Under the pieces are notes generated by a model. That model did no database searches and was not told the DNA's origin. It saw only the letters and a program-made list of their open reading frames with translations. Made by a program: the position numbers and the translations under genes. A stretch of 64,000 bases of DNA from an uncultured Verrucomicrobiae bacterium. GTDB taxonomy: Bacteria; Verrucomicrobiota; Verrucomicrobiia; Chthoniobacterales; UBA10450. The DNA lies in NCBI GenBank assembly GCA_963772365.1, contig CAVYXA010000001.1:1120001-1184000 (forward strand). The letters are read 5' to 3'. Positions 41,464-51,944 of this stretch are shown piece after piece; position 1 is the stretch's first letter; each line of letters begins with the position of its first letter.

Positions 41464-41500
41464 TTGTTTGTGAAACGTTAACCACCACATCGATAGAATG

Positions 41501-41565
41501 ATTGTAGGGCAGGCGCATCGCCTGCCGTTATTTTCGATGGGCAAGCGGAGCGCTTGTCCTACAAT
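41501..41565. repeat. GTAG REP doublet of the RAYT-associated family
   Basis: TTGTAGGGCAGGCGCATCGCCTGCC...GGCAAGCGGAGCGCTTGTCCTACAA. Confidence 0.85.
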
Positions 41566-41577
41566 TGCGATGCTGCC

Positions 41578-42993
41578 GTGAAAACCGATCTCGATCGCGC
41601 CGAGCGCAATGTTGAAGATCACAGCGTTTCTCTCAAAAAACCGCTTGGGCTGCGCGATCTTGTGCTCACTCAGATTGTGTTCGTGGTCGGTTCGAGTTGG
41701 GTTGGGACCGCGGCCAAGCTGGGCACCGCTCATCTGTTTTTCTGGCTGCTGGCGATTCTGCTTTTCTACATTCCGCAAGCCGCCGTCGTAATTTACTTAA
41801 ACGGCCGAATGCCGCTCGAGGGCGGGATTTATCAATGGGCTAAGCTTGGGTTTAACGAGTTTGCAGGATTCATTGCGGCTTGGAACCTCTGGCTGCTCTC
41901 CATCACCGTGATTGCCCTCGGTGGAATGTTCGTGACCACCAATCTCTCCTACGCCTTTGGTCAGGGCGCCGCCTGGATGCCGAACAACAAATGGTGCGTC
42001 TCGCTGATCAGCTGCGCGCTCGTTGCCGGGCTGGCCTGGACAGCGATCCGTGGCCTTTCGTTAGGAAAATGGGTCCATAATGTCGGAGCAGTGGCCATGT
42101 TTCTAGCCTATGGCGCACTCATTCTTCTGCCATTCTTCAGTCTCGCGCGAGGTGAATTGAAAGAATATCACCCGCTACAGATCGCCGCTCCGGCGATGTC
42201 GATCTTCTATTGCATGAATATTTTTACCAAGCTGGCTGTCGGCGCCCTGAGCGGATTTGAATACGTGGCGATTCTCGCCGGCGAAGCCCGCGCCCCGGCT
42301 CGAAACATTGGCCGTTCGGTCATCATCGCGTCCCCCATTATCGCACTGATGTTTATTCTCGGAACCAGCTCGGTCCTGGCATTTGTCGGGAATAATCCGA
42401 TCGATCTCATCGGACCAGTGCCGCAAACCTTGCGGTTAGGTCTCCGATATTTTCCAATCGCAGGCGCGGTCGCATCTTTGGGGATCATCATGATGACAGT
42501 GCGGTCGATTTCTGCCACAAGCGTTCATCTCACCGGAAGCTCGCGTTTACCAATGGTCGCGGGTTGGGACCGACTGCTTCCCGCTTGGTTTTCGCGATTG
42601 CATCCCCGATATAGGACACCGATCAACTCCATTTTCTTCGTCGGTGCGCTCACTTTGTTGATCGCGGTGACCAGTCAGATTGGCACAGGAATTCAGGAGG
42701 CGTTTCAGATCGTCGATAATGCGGCCAACGTTTTCTACGGAATTGTTTACCTGATGCTCTTTGCCATTCCCCTGGCCGGCGCAAGGACAATTCGCTCCGG
42801 CGCCCGATTGTGGCTGCGAATGGCGGCGGGTTGCGGATTTGTAGTTTGCCTGCTGACCATTTTCTTCACGATTTATCCCATTATCGATGTTCCCAACCCG
42901 ATGATGTTCGGCTTGAAAATAATCGCCGTGACCTTAATCGCGAATGCAATCGGAATTGGCGTCTTCGCGCTTCCCAAGACGCGATTACATTGA
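41578..42993 (+). CDS. APC family amino acid permease
   Basis: ~12 TM helices, P.EGGIYQW, SGFEY.A..AGE, LPAWF.RLH..Y.TP. Confidence 0.9.
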   Translation: MKTDLDRAERNVEDHSVSLKKPLGLRDLVLTQIVFVVGSSWVGTAAKLGTAHLFFWLLAILLFYIPQAAVVIYLNGRMPLEGGIYQWAKLGFNEFAGFIAAWNLWLLSITVIALGGMFVTTNLSYAFGQGAAWMPNNKWCVSLISCALVAGLAWTAIRGLSLGKWVHNVGAVAMFLAYGALILLPFFSLARGELKEYHPLQIAAPAMSIFYCMNIFTKLAVGALSGFEYVAILAGEARAPARNIGRSVIIASPIIALMFILGTSSVLAFVGNNPIDLIGPVPQTLRLGLRYFPIAGAVASLGIIMMTVRSISATSVHLTGSSRLPMVAGWDRLLPAWFSRLHPRYRTPINSIFFVGALTLLIAVTSQIGTGIQEAFQIVDNAANVFYGIVYLMLFAIPLAGARTIRSGARLWLRMAAGCGFVVCLLTIFFTIYPIIDVPNPMMFGLKIIAVTLIANAIGIGVFALPKTRLH

Positions 42994-43025
42994 TAAGATG
43001 CGGAACTGCTAGAAAGGGGGGACTG

Positions 43026-45290
43026 ATGGTAAACCAATGGCGATTTGTGATGGGAACTTTTCTCGTCCTCGGTTCACTCCTGCTGGTCGGAGCGGCTATC
43101 GGTTCTTCTCAGAGGAGCGAAACAATTCTGCCTCAAGATTCCGCCACAAGCGGCAAGATCGCATCCTGGGTTCTGGAACATACGGCCGACGGCAAAGAAG
43201 CGGAATTTATTGTCGTGCTCGCGGACCAGGCTTCGCTTGCTCCGGCGTCGGCGCTAACAACCAAAGCGGAAAGAGGCCGATTCGTCCGCGATACTTTGTG
43301 GCAAAAAAGTCAACAAACCCAAGCTCCGATCATTGGCTGGCTCGAAGCTCACAACGTTGAGTATCGCTCATTTTACATCGTCAATGCGCTTTGGGTAAAG
43401 GGCAGCCGAGAAACCGCGGAGGCGCTGGCAGCTCGCGCCGATGTCGCCAGAGTTGAAGGAAATCCCAGAGTTCCACACGTCGTGCAGGCCGCGGCAGTCG
43501 AGTCTGCGACACAGCCGAACGAGCCTGTGACAGTCGAACCCGGCATCAGTTACACGCATGCCCCTCAGGTATGGGCCGAGGGTCATACTGGGCAAGGAAT
43601 TGTGATTGGCGGAGCCGATACCGGGATTCGCTGGACACACCACGCGTTGAAGTCGCACTACCGTGGCTGGAATGGAACAACTGCCAGTCACGACTATAAC
43701 TGGCACGACAGCATCCACTCCGGCGGGGGCGTTTGCGGCCATAATACGAGCGCACCTTGCGACGATGACGGCCACGGCACAAATACAATTGGGGTTGCGG
43801 TTGGCGATGATGGCCAGGGAAATCAAATCGGAATGGCGCCCGGAGCAAAATGGATTGGTTGCAGAAATATGAACCAGGGCGTCGGCACACCAGCCAGTTA
43901 CATGGAGTGCATGGAATTCTTTCTCGCTCCGTATCCCGTGAATGGGAACCCTTCGCAGGGAGATCCGAACAAAGCTCCCGATGTCACAGTTAATTCGTGG
44001 ATCTGTCCAAGTTCGGAAGGTTGTTCCATTAGCACTTTACGAGCAGCTGTCGAAGCGCAGCGCGCGGCCGGGCTAATGATGGTGGCAGCCGCGGGCAACG
44101 ACGGCTCGAATTGTTCTTCTCTCTTTGATCCGCCGGCAATTTACGCCGCCTCATACACTGTCGGTGCGCTAACCACTGGGACCGACGTCGCTGCACCCTC
44201 TAGTAGCCGTGGACCCGTGACAGTGGATGGAAGCAATCGGATCAAGCCCGATATCATGGCGCCCGGAGTGAATATCCGGACGTGCGCCGGCAGTTCTGAC
44301 ACCGGTTACCTGACCAATAGTGGAACGTCTCTCTCTACTCCCTTTATCGCCGGAGCGGTGGCTTTGCTCTGGTCGGCCCGGCCTGCATTGAAAAACAATA
44401 TCGACGCCACCACTGCAGCATTGGATGAGTCTGCCGTCCACATCTCTTCCACCGTATGTGACAATGGCGTGCAACATACGCCTAACAACACTTATGGGTA
44501 TGGGCGAATCGATATTCTCGCCGGCGTAAACGAATCAACACCGAGCGATCCCACCCGCCCGGATTTCAACAGAGACGGACATCCCGATTACCTCCTTTCG
44601 GCAACTCTTCAAACCGCCGTTTGGTACATGGACAACAATGCGTTTCTCTCCGTGGAACACGGACATAATATCCCGAACGGATGGCAACTCATCGACGCAA
44701 ATGATGTCGATCGAGACAACCAACTTGATTACATTTTTTTCAACCCCGGAACTCGCGAGACAGCCATTTGGTATCTATCGGGACTCAGCGTTCGCACCAG
44801 CAAACACGGCCCAAGATTGCCTGGCAACTGGACTCTGGTCGCGGCCAGAGATTTCAACGGCGACAATAAACCGGATTTCGTTCTCTACGACTCAAGCACT
44901 CGTCAGACCGGAATTTGGTACCTGGACGATAATAGATTTGTCGGAAGCGCCTACGGACCGACTTTGCCCGTAGCTTGGAATTTGATCGCGACCGAAGATT
45001 TTAACCGCGACGGGAACCCGGATTACCTTCTTTATAGGCCTTCATCTCATCAATCGGCGATCTGGTACTTATCCGGAGCCCATTACGCGGGCGGAGTTTT
45101 CGGACCGACAGTTGCCGGTGGCTACCAATTAACCGGCGCAGCCGATTTTGATTCGGACAACAGGTTCGATTACCTGCTCTATTCCCCGACGAGCAGGCGA
45201 ACAGCCATTTGGTATTTAAATATTAATGCGTTCGTTAACAGCGCATATGGACCAACTCTGCCTGCTGGCTGGAACCTGGTTACACCATAG
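43026..45290 (+). CDS. Secreted S8 (subtilisin) peptidase with C-terminal FG-GAP/VCBS-like repeats
   Basis: Triad motifs DTG, HGT, GTS; repeated DFNxDGxPDYLL...TAIWYL. Confidence 0.92.
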   Translation: MVNQWRFVMGTFLVLGSLLLVGAAIGSSQRSETILPQDSATSGKIASWVLEHTADGKEAEFIVVLADQASLAPASALTTKAERGRFVRDTLWQKSQQTQAPIIGWLEAHNVEYRSFYIVNALWVKGSRETAEALAARADVARVEGNPRVPHVVQAAAVESATQPNEPVTVEPGISYTHAPQVWAEGHTGQGIVIGGADTGIRWTHHALKSHYRGWNGTTASHDYNWHDSIHSGGGVCGHNTSAPCDDDGHGTNTIGVAVGDDGQGNQIGMAPGAKWIGCRNMNQGVGTPASYMECMEFFLAPYPVNGNPSQGDPNKAPDVTVNSWICPSSEGCSISTLRAAVEAQRAAGLMMVAAAGNDGSNCSSLFDPPAIYAASYTVGALTTGTDVAAPSSSRGPVTVDGSNRIKPDIMAPGVNIRTCAGSSDTGYLTNSGTSLSTPFIAGAVALLWSARPALKNNIDATTAALDESAVHISSTVCDNGVQHTPNNTYGYGRIDILAGVNESTPSDPTRPDFNRDGHPDYLLSATLQTAVWYMDNNAFLSVEHGHNIPNGWQLIDANDVDRDNQLDYIFFNPGTRETAIWYLSGLSVRTSKHGPRLPGNWTLVAARDFNGDNKPDFVLYDSSTRQTGIWYLDDNRFVGSAYGPTLPVAWNLIATEDFNRDGNPDYLLYRPSSHQSAIWYLSGAHYAGGVFGPTVAGGYQLTGAADFDSDNRFDYLLYSPTSRRTAIWYLNINAFVNSAYGPTLPAGWNLVTP

Positions 45291-45302
45291 TCTTGGTGCG
45301 AG

Positions 45303-45632
45303 CTAAGACACTCCGCACGAGTTTTCGCAGATCCAACGCAGATAATCGGGGAGTCCGTTGTCGATTTTGAAAGCGATAATCTCGGGCAGCTCGTAGGGAT
45401 GCAGTGACCGCAGTTTCTCTTGAAATGCGGATTGTCGATCCTCGCTCAATTTGAAGAAGACGAGCGTTTCGCTTCCAGTTTCAATCTTGCCTTTCCATCG
45501 GTAGATCGATTCGATCTGCGGCAAAATGTTCGCGCAGGCCGCGAAGTTTTCGCTGACAAGTTGCTTTGAGATTCGGCGCGCTGTCTCAACGTCTGGAAAT
45601 GTGCTCAATGCGAGCAACGCCCGGCTAGCCAT
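45303..45632 (-). CDS. cutA: Divalent-cation tolerance protein CutA (copy 1)
   Basis: LVSENFAACANI, SIYRWKGKI, LHPYELPEI. Confidence 0.93.
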   Translation of the reverse strand: MASRALLALSTFPDVETARRISKQLVSENFAACANILPQIESIYRWKGKIETGSETLVFFKLSEDRQSAFQEKLRSLHPYELPEIIAFKIDNGLPDYLRWICENSCGVS

Positions 45633-45637
45633 CGCAA

Positions 45638-46394
45638 TCAAGCGAGAACCGCCGACTCGCGCCGGCAAATCCATCCGCCACCGACCACAATGTCGCCAGC
45701 ATACACGACCGCAGCCTGCCCCGGCGTCACCGCGCGCTGGGGATCGTGGAGGGAAATGCGAGCGCGATCATTTTCCAATGGCGTTATCATCGCTTTCGTT
45801 CCGGGATGGCTGTAGCGAATCTTCACCGTGGCCTCGAACGACGAGCCGGGATTATCCCCGCCAAGCGCCGGTGTTCGGTCGCCTCTCCCCTCGAAAGGGA
45901 GAGGGTAGGGTGAGGGTTTGGAACTTCGACCTTCTTGCATTGAAGAAATCCTCACCTCCCGCCTTCGCTCGGCTACGGCGTGGCAGGCAATCCTCTCCCC
46001 TTCATTAAGGGGAGAGGCGGAAACGTGTCCGCTATGGGTCACTTCAACATGCGAATGCCAGTTCACGCGATCAATTTCGAATTCGTCCACAACCAGATCG
46101 TCGGCGTCGCCCACGATGACGCGATTCGTTGCCGGGTCGAGATCTACCACATAGCGCCGCTGCGCGGATCCACCGGGAAGACCTTTGCGTTGGCCGATCG
46201 TGAATAGCTCGAGACCACCATGTTCACCCAGAAATTCTCCTGAGCGGTCGTAGATACCGCCGCGATGAAATTTATCTTCGCCAAGATGCGCGCGCAGAAA
46301 CGCTTTGTAATCGTTGCCGGGCACAAAACAGATTTCCTGACTGTCAACCTTGTCTGCCACTTTTAGCCCTAACGATGCGCGATCTCGCGGGTTT
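45638..46394 (-). pseudogene. mnmA: 5'-truncated mnmA copy with a ~61-codon in-frame palindromic insert
   Basis: DSQEICFV, TIGQRKGL, AVTPGQ, GGGWI present; the N-terminal SGGVDS half is absent. Confidence 0.88.
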
Positions 46395-46492
46395 GCGCAC
46401 GGCAATCATGCCAGAGGCCCGAGACGGGTCGAGCTTTTCAGCGTAATTCACCGCAATGGCGGCCACAGATCGATGGCTACAACGGACCAGCT

Positions 46493-49400
46493 CTAGGGCA
46501 ACCCGGTGCCGAGGTGAGATTTGATGATCGACACGTCCGTCGAGTTGATAGCCCCGTTAGCATTTACATCCGAGCGGAAATTCGTCTCGTCGAGCAGGTG
46601 CCCAACTCGCGATTTGGTCTGCGCGACATCGCTGGAATTCACGGAGCCATTGTCGTTTGTGTCGCCAATCAGGATGTTCATCGGGATGCTGACGTCGGTC
46701 GCGGGTCTATCCGCTGCGCTGTTTACGCCGTTTATCCGGACATTGATCGTCTGGGCATTGGCAATGTTGGTCAGCGGAACGGTAACGATATTGCCGCTGA
46801 CGGTGACATTGCCGCTGCACGCACCGCCAATTCCTACGCAACCCGTGCCACTGATAACTTCGGCCTGCGGGCTGCCGGTCACGCTCACGTTACCGGAGAA
46901 GGTGGCCACCATCGTGTAATCGTTGGTCGCGCCTCCAGTGCGGTCTTCGATTCCCGGTGTGCCGGTAAGCGGCAGATCGATATCGAAATCACCGGCGGCG
47001 CCGTGCGTTTTTCGCGAAACTGCACTGAGCAATTCTGTCGGGCAATCCAGCGTCAGCACCAAGTCGGTCACGGGCGGTGGGATTTGTAGCACGCCTGTCT
47101 CAACTACTCCGTTGCAGCCGTCTTTTTCGGCGCGCACTTTGTAAAACCCGGAGAGTACATCCCAGCCGAAATGGCCGTCGGAGTCAGTCATATCGGGGTT
47201 GTGCCGGTTGCCAGGAGACATGACGGCGCTGCCATCGGGCACGATATCGAACGGACCCATTGGTGTGTCCGAGCGAAAGAGCGTTACAGTCGCGCCTGAG
47301 ACGGGTGCGCCATGATTATCCCGCACTGTGCCGCTCGGATCGATGTACAAATCGAAGCCGATTGTGATGGTGCTGCCGCCGCAATCTATCGTCATCGACA
47401 CTGTAGCAGCGCCATGCGCAGGGAAGAGCGCCGGAACTGATGCTGTAAAAGTGCCGCTCCCTGGCGGTGTCTCCGTCATCGGACCGCTGGCGAAGATTGA
47501 AAATCCGCGAGAGATAATATACGACGCTGTCCCGTTCGGGCAGCCGGTTGTAGTGAGGGTGAGGGGCGATTGCCAGTAGACAGTCGGCACACCGCCGCCG
47601 CCGTTATTGTGCGGCTCGATGTCAGTTCCAGACGGAGGCGGAGCCGGTGCTTGCAACATCAGGTCTTGGTTCGTGAGCGCGCTGCTACAGCTCTGCACCG
47701 AGAGATCAAGAAGTTCCCCCGGCACGGCGACCGACCCTTGCGGCGGGAAGACGGTCAGATCGAAAGGTGTATTGAGCGGCAGGCCGGTAATCTGGTAATT
47801 ACCGGCGGCATCCGTTGTCGCGTTGAAGGAACACGGGCCATTGTTAGGCTCGCAGGCCTGCACGAGCGCGCCTTGGAGTGGGCCTTGCGCGTCTGTGATT
47901 TGCCCAGATATCACCCCGCAAAAATTAGGCGATGGCGATTTGCACTTGCCTGCGATACCAGCGTTGAAGATGGCTTGGACTTCCGATTGCGTCAGCGCGC
48001 GATCAAAGACTTCCACTTCGTCGATCAACCCAATGAACGGCTCAAGCCTCGTGTTCGATTGCAAGTTGCCGATGCTGACTCCGGGGTTCGCGCCCGTGAG
48101 GGTGCCAAACGGCCTGACATTCGTCGTCGTTTGGGCAGCGGAGATGCCGTTGAGATAAAGCGTCATGATGCCCGTGGCGTCATCGAGCGTGCCGGCAACG
48201 TGCACGAATTGGTTCAGCGGCAGTGGCGCTTGGACAGATGCGCTGTTTCCGACGGCGTCGCTGACTTGGAAATAAACATTACTGCCGACCATGCGCAGGG
48301 TGTACGGATCGAGATTAGGGCGGTCGTCGCCGCGGAAAATGATGTCGCCGATGCCATTTGGCGGGGTGGAAGCGGCGTTGACCCAGGCATCGAGTGTCAG
48401 GGAAGCGGTGATGGCGAGGCTGGGAGAATCTGCGATGAACACGCGCTCGGAACCGCCAGTGAACTGGAATGCCTGGTCCACTTCTCCAGGAGCGAAGGTG
48501 GCACCATTCATGAGCGTGCCATTATTGCCGCCTTGAATATCAACTGCGTTGCCATCGCCCGGATACCATCCAACCATGTTCGGTGGCGGCGTGACGCAGC
48601 CCGGCACAATGGTTATCGAGTAAGCTCGCTGCGCTGTCGTGTTGTTCGCGTCTGTGACTTGAACAGTAAAGTTAGAACTACCTGTTGCCTGCGGCGTGCC
48701 GGTAATCATGCCGCCACTCGACAAACTAAGACCTGGCGGTAATGAGCCGTTGCTGACCGTAAAAGTGTATGGGGGGGTTCCTGCCCCAGCAGTAATAGTC
48801 TGCGTGTAAGGCAATCCCATAGCTCCATCGGGCAATGAGGTGGGCTGGATGACAAGTGCAGGTTTGCACTGCCCGGCGCCCCCGGCATTGAAGATGGCTT
48901 GGATCTCTGAGGCGCTGAGGGCCCGGTTGAAGTATTGCGCTTCGTCGATCAGGCCGTTGAAAAAGCGCGTAAGAGTGCCACCGCCCCAGGCCACTCCGAT
49001 ATCCACGCTGCGGGTGTTGTTAGCGGGAGGTGTACTGAAAAACAAGCGTGTTCTGCAATACCCCATCTTCGTAAATCATGATCTCAGTGCCGGTCCAGAC
49101 TCCGGCGAGATGATGCCATTGGCCATCCAAAATGCTGGCCTGGGTGCTGGATCCGTGGAAGTCGTTGCTGCCGCTGCCTCCTGTTCCGTAAAAGAAATAC
49201 GCAGTGCCGTCGGGGTTTGTTTGGATTGCCCAACCTGTGCTGTCCGTGAAGCCATGAGACTTGTCGATAATGAGCGATTGAGCACTCGTTTGCTGTGAAT
49301 TGGCGTTGATCCACACGTCCACACTAAAAGGCCCGGTCGGGTTGAAGTTGTCATTATTTGGTACGGAGACGTAGGCGTCCGTGCCGTTCAAACCAAATGC

Positions 49401-49616
49401 CTCACCTACTTTGCCCGTCGGAAAAGTTACGCCACCATGCGCTGTGCCGTTGTTGTCACCTTGATAGTCAAGGGCGTTTCCGTCGCCCGTCCACCACGCT
49501 ACCAAATCGGAGGGCGGCGGGATGCAGGCCTGCCCGTGCGGCGAGCGCCGGGCGAGTCCAACGCTCGTTAACGTGAGAGTGATGAGGATCAATTTTAGGA
49601 GTTGATTCACTTTCAT
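46493..49616 (-). CDS. Large secreted protein: 2x LamG-like, Ig (He_PIG-like), carboxypeptidase-regulatory-like, VSRKTHG and dockerin-like domains; frameshift in the A-run ~49038-49042
   Basis: Signal peptide at 49616; C.PPP..V.W..GDGNA and WHHLAGV/FVHVAGT..GLIDEV repeats; removing one base joins ORFs 49020-49751 and 46493-49066. Confidence 0.82.
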
Positions 49617-49636
49617 AATTTTGTCTTTCACCGAGT

Positions 49637-49842
49637 AACCGTGCGATCCGGCGGCCAAACTGGACAAAGTTTCCAAAAATACTTCACCTTTCCCCTGTAA
49701 ACGGGTAAGATCGGCGCTCCCAAATGAGCATTGCCCCACCAAAGAGGTCACGCGTGTCCTTGAGGAATGGAATCTGGGCGCCGAAGACGCGCCCGCGCAG
49801 CTTATGCCATTTGTCTATGAAGAGCTGCGCCCTCGCGCGTAA
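49637..49842 (+). pseudogene. Duplicated upstream region plus frameshifted 5' fragment of the ECF sigma gene
   Basis: ~205-bp diverged direct repeat of 50428-50631; C4 instead of C5 after ATGAGCATTG. Confidence 0.88.
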
Positions 49843-49938
49843 TCCTGTTTTTTGTGGTTAAGAGAGATAACAGATGCTAGTCTCTGCCCGCGTAAACACG
49901 ATTGCGAAAATCAAGATCGCAGCTCTAGAACGGATCAG

Positions 49939-50166
49939 GTGAAGACGCTCAAGTTCATCGTAGAGAAACATCGGGACGGTTATGTAGCCTACCCTCTTGG
50001 GCTAAAAGGCGCCGTCGTCGGTCAAGGCGACACGTATGAATCAGCGCTGGCCGATGCTAAATCAGCCGCCGCGTTTCATATCGAAAGCTTCGGAAAAGAA
50101 GTCTTCGAGAGTGAGGACGAGGTGATGGAAGCCTTTGTCGCTGAAGCATCGCTCGGCGCGGGATGA
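49939..50166 (+). CDS. HicB-family antitoxin (short)
   Basis: FIVEKHRDGYVAYP...VGQGDTYESALADAKSA. Confidence 0.85.
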   Translation: MKTLKFIVEKHRDGYVAYPLGLKGAVVGQGDTYESALADAKSAAAFHIESFGKEVFESEDEVMEAFVAEASLGAG

Positions 50167-50399
50167 AGTTTCCGGTTGACGCGCCAAAAGGAAAAGTCAT
50201 CCAGGCGTTGCGCGCGCTCGGTTTCGAAATCGTTCGGGAACGTGAACACATCTCGATGGTCCGAACAAATGCCGATGGCACCCGTAATCCGCTCACCATG
50301 CCAAACCATCCCAGAATAAAAGCTTCAACCCTTCGCACGATCTGCTCGCAATCAGGTATATCACGCAGCGATTTCTTGCGCGCTTTTTACGACCGATGA
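50163..50399 (+). CDS. HicA-family toxin
   Basis: ALRALGFEIVR..HI.M...TMPNH..IK.STLRTI; ATGA overlap with hicB. Confidence 0.87.
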   Translation: MKFPVDAPKGKVIQALRALGFEIVREREHISMVRTNADGTRNPLTMPNHPRIKASTLRTICSQSGISRSDFLRAFYDR

Positions 50400-50513
50400 C
50401 GCACGCGAGACTGCGCGACGACTGTTAACCGTGCGATCCGGGGGCCAAACTGGACAAAGTTTCCAAAAATGCTTCCCCTTTCTCCTGTAAACGGGTAAGA
50501 TCGGCGCTCCCAA

Positions 50514-51095
50514 ATGAGCATTGCCCCCACCGAAGAGGTCACCCGCATTCTTCAAGAGCGGAATCTAGGTGACCAGGGTGCGGCAGCGCGGCTTATGCCA
50601 TTTGTCTATGAAGAGCTGCGCCGGCGCGCGGCGGAATATCTACGGCGTGAACGACCCGACCATACATTACAAGCAACCGCGCTCGTCCATGAAGCTTATT
50701 TGAAACTGGTCGATCAAAGCCGGGCGAGCTGGAAGAACCGGGCGCACTTTGGCAGCGTCGCCGCCCACCTGATGCGGCGCATTCTGGTGCAGCACGCTCG
50801 CAGTCACAATGCGGAAAAGCGCGGCGGGAAATTGGAAAAGCTTTATCTCGATGAAACAAGGGAGCTGTCGTGCGAGCGCCCGCCCGAGCTGCTTGCGTTG
50901 GATGAAGCGCTGGAAAGTTTCACCGCCACTTATCCCCGCGAAGGTCACGTGGTTGAGCTGAAGTTCTTCGGCGGTCTCGAAGCGAATGAAATCGCGGAAG
51001 TACTCAACGTCTCGGCGAAAGCGGTTTCACGGGATTGGCATTTTGCAAAGCTGTGGCTCCGGCGCGAGCTAAGGGAAAGCGCGGCCCATGCCTGA
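50514..51095 (+). CDS. ECF sigma factor of the kinase-associated Planctomycete/Verrucomicrobia type
   Basis: VYEELRR.A...ERPDHTLQATALVHEAYLKL, WKNRAHF, VVELKFFGGL, RDW.FAKLWL. Confidence 0.93.
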   Translation: MSIAPTEEVTRILQERNLGDQGAAARLMPFVYEELRRRAAEYLRRERPDHTLQATALVHEAYLKLVDQSRASWKNRAHFGSVAAHLMRRILVQHARSHNAEKRGGKLEKLYLDETRELSCERPPELLALDEALESFTATYPREGHVVELKFFGGLEANEIAEVLNVSAKAVSRDWHFAKLWLRRELRESAAHA

Positions 51096-51427
51096 CGAGC
51101 AAATTGTAGGGCAGGCGCATCGCCTGCCGTGTATTTAGCTTTGGCAACCGGAGCAGTCGCCCTACAATCGTTCGGTAACAATCATCGCCATGGGTCATCC
51201 ACCGCGAATTCCTGTCTGGCTACAATGGGATCAGCGAGCTTTGGCTCCGGCGCGAGCTAAGGGAAAGCGCGGCCCATGCCTGATGCGCAAATTGTAGGGC
51301 AGGCGCATCGCCTGCCGTGTATTTAGCTTTGGCAACCGGAGCGGTCGCCCTACAATCGTTCGGTAGCAATTATCGCCATGGGTCATCCACCGCGAATTCC
51401 TGTCTGGCTACAATGGGATCAGCGAGC
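51054..51427 (+). repeat. 188-bp tandem duplication (sigma 3' end + REP doublet + RAYT 5' end)
   Basis: 51054-51239 vs 51242-51427; about 5 substitutions. Confidence 0.92.
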
Positions 51428-51812
51428 CGTCTATTTCATCACCTTCTGTGTCGCCCATCGCGCGAAGGTCTTGGACAACGAGGAAACTTTTCGCGCATTT
51501 AAATCTGCCGTTTCGAAACTGCGCGGTTGGTCCGTCGCTGGGGCCATCTTAATGCCAGATCATGTCCATCTTCTTGCCGCACCTCAGGCAGATCGTGAGG
51601 CGAAGGTCGGCGATCTGGTTGGCGCTCTAAAACGCTGGACGCGACAAACGTTAAATGCCCGCTGGCAATGGCAGCCAGGCAGCTTCGATCGTCTTCTGCG
51701 TCGGGACGAATCAGCTTATGAAAAGTGGCTGTATGTTGAAGAGAATCCTGTGAGGGCGGGCTTGGTTAAGCGATCACACGATTGGCCATACCGTATCGGC
51801 TTTGATGAATGA
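51378..51812 (+). mobile_element. REP-associated tyrosine transposase (RAYT, Y1/HUH family)
   Basis: YFITFC, MPDHVHLL (HUH), WQ.GSFDRLLR, YVEENPVRAGL...WPY; flanked by GTAG REPs at 51104-51167, 51292-51355, 51817-51843, 51870-51935. Confidence 0.92.
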
Positions 51813-51944
51813 AAGTTTGGCAACCGGAGCGGTCGCCCTACAATCATTGCCCTCAAGAAGCCACGACATTTGTAGGGCGGGCGCATCGCCTGCCGTCTAA
51901 TTTGGTCTCGGCAACCGGGAGCGTTTGCCCTACAATTGCGACCA

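Noticed and set aside
47570..48742. Long antisense ORFs (e.g. 47570-48742 +, 2375-3157 +, 56775-57608 +)
   Set aside because: Shadow frames opposite well-supported genes in GC-rich DNA
51104..51935. Repeats near 51.1-51.9 kb (and at 20.4 kb) as a CRISPR array
   Set aside because: Units are inverted palindromic doublets or spacerless tandem repeats; there are no unique equal-length spacers and no cas genes
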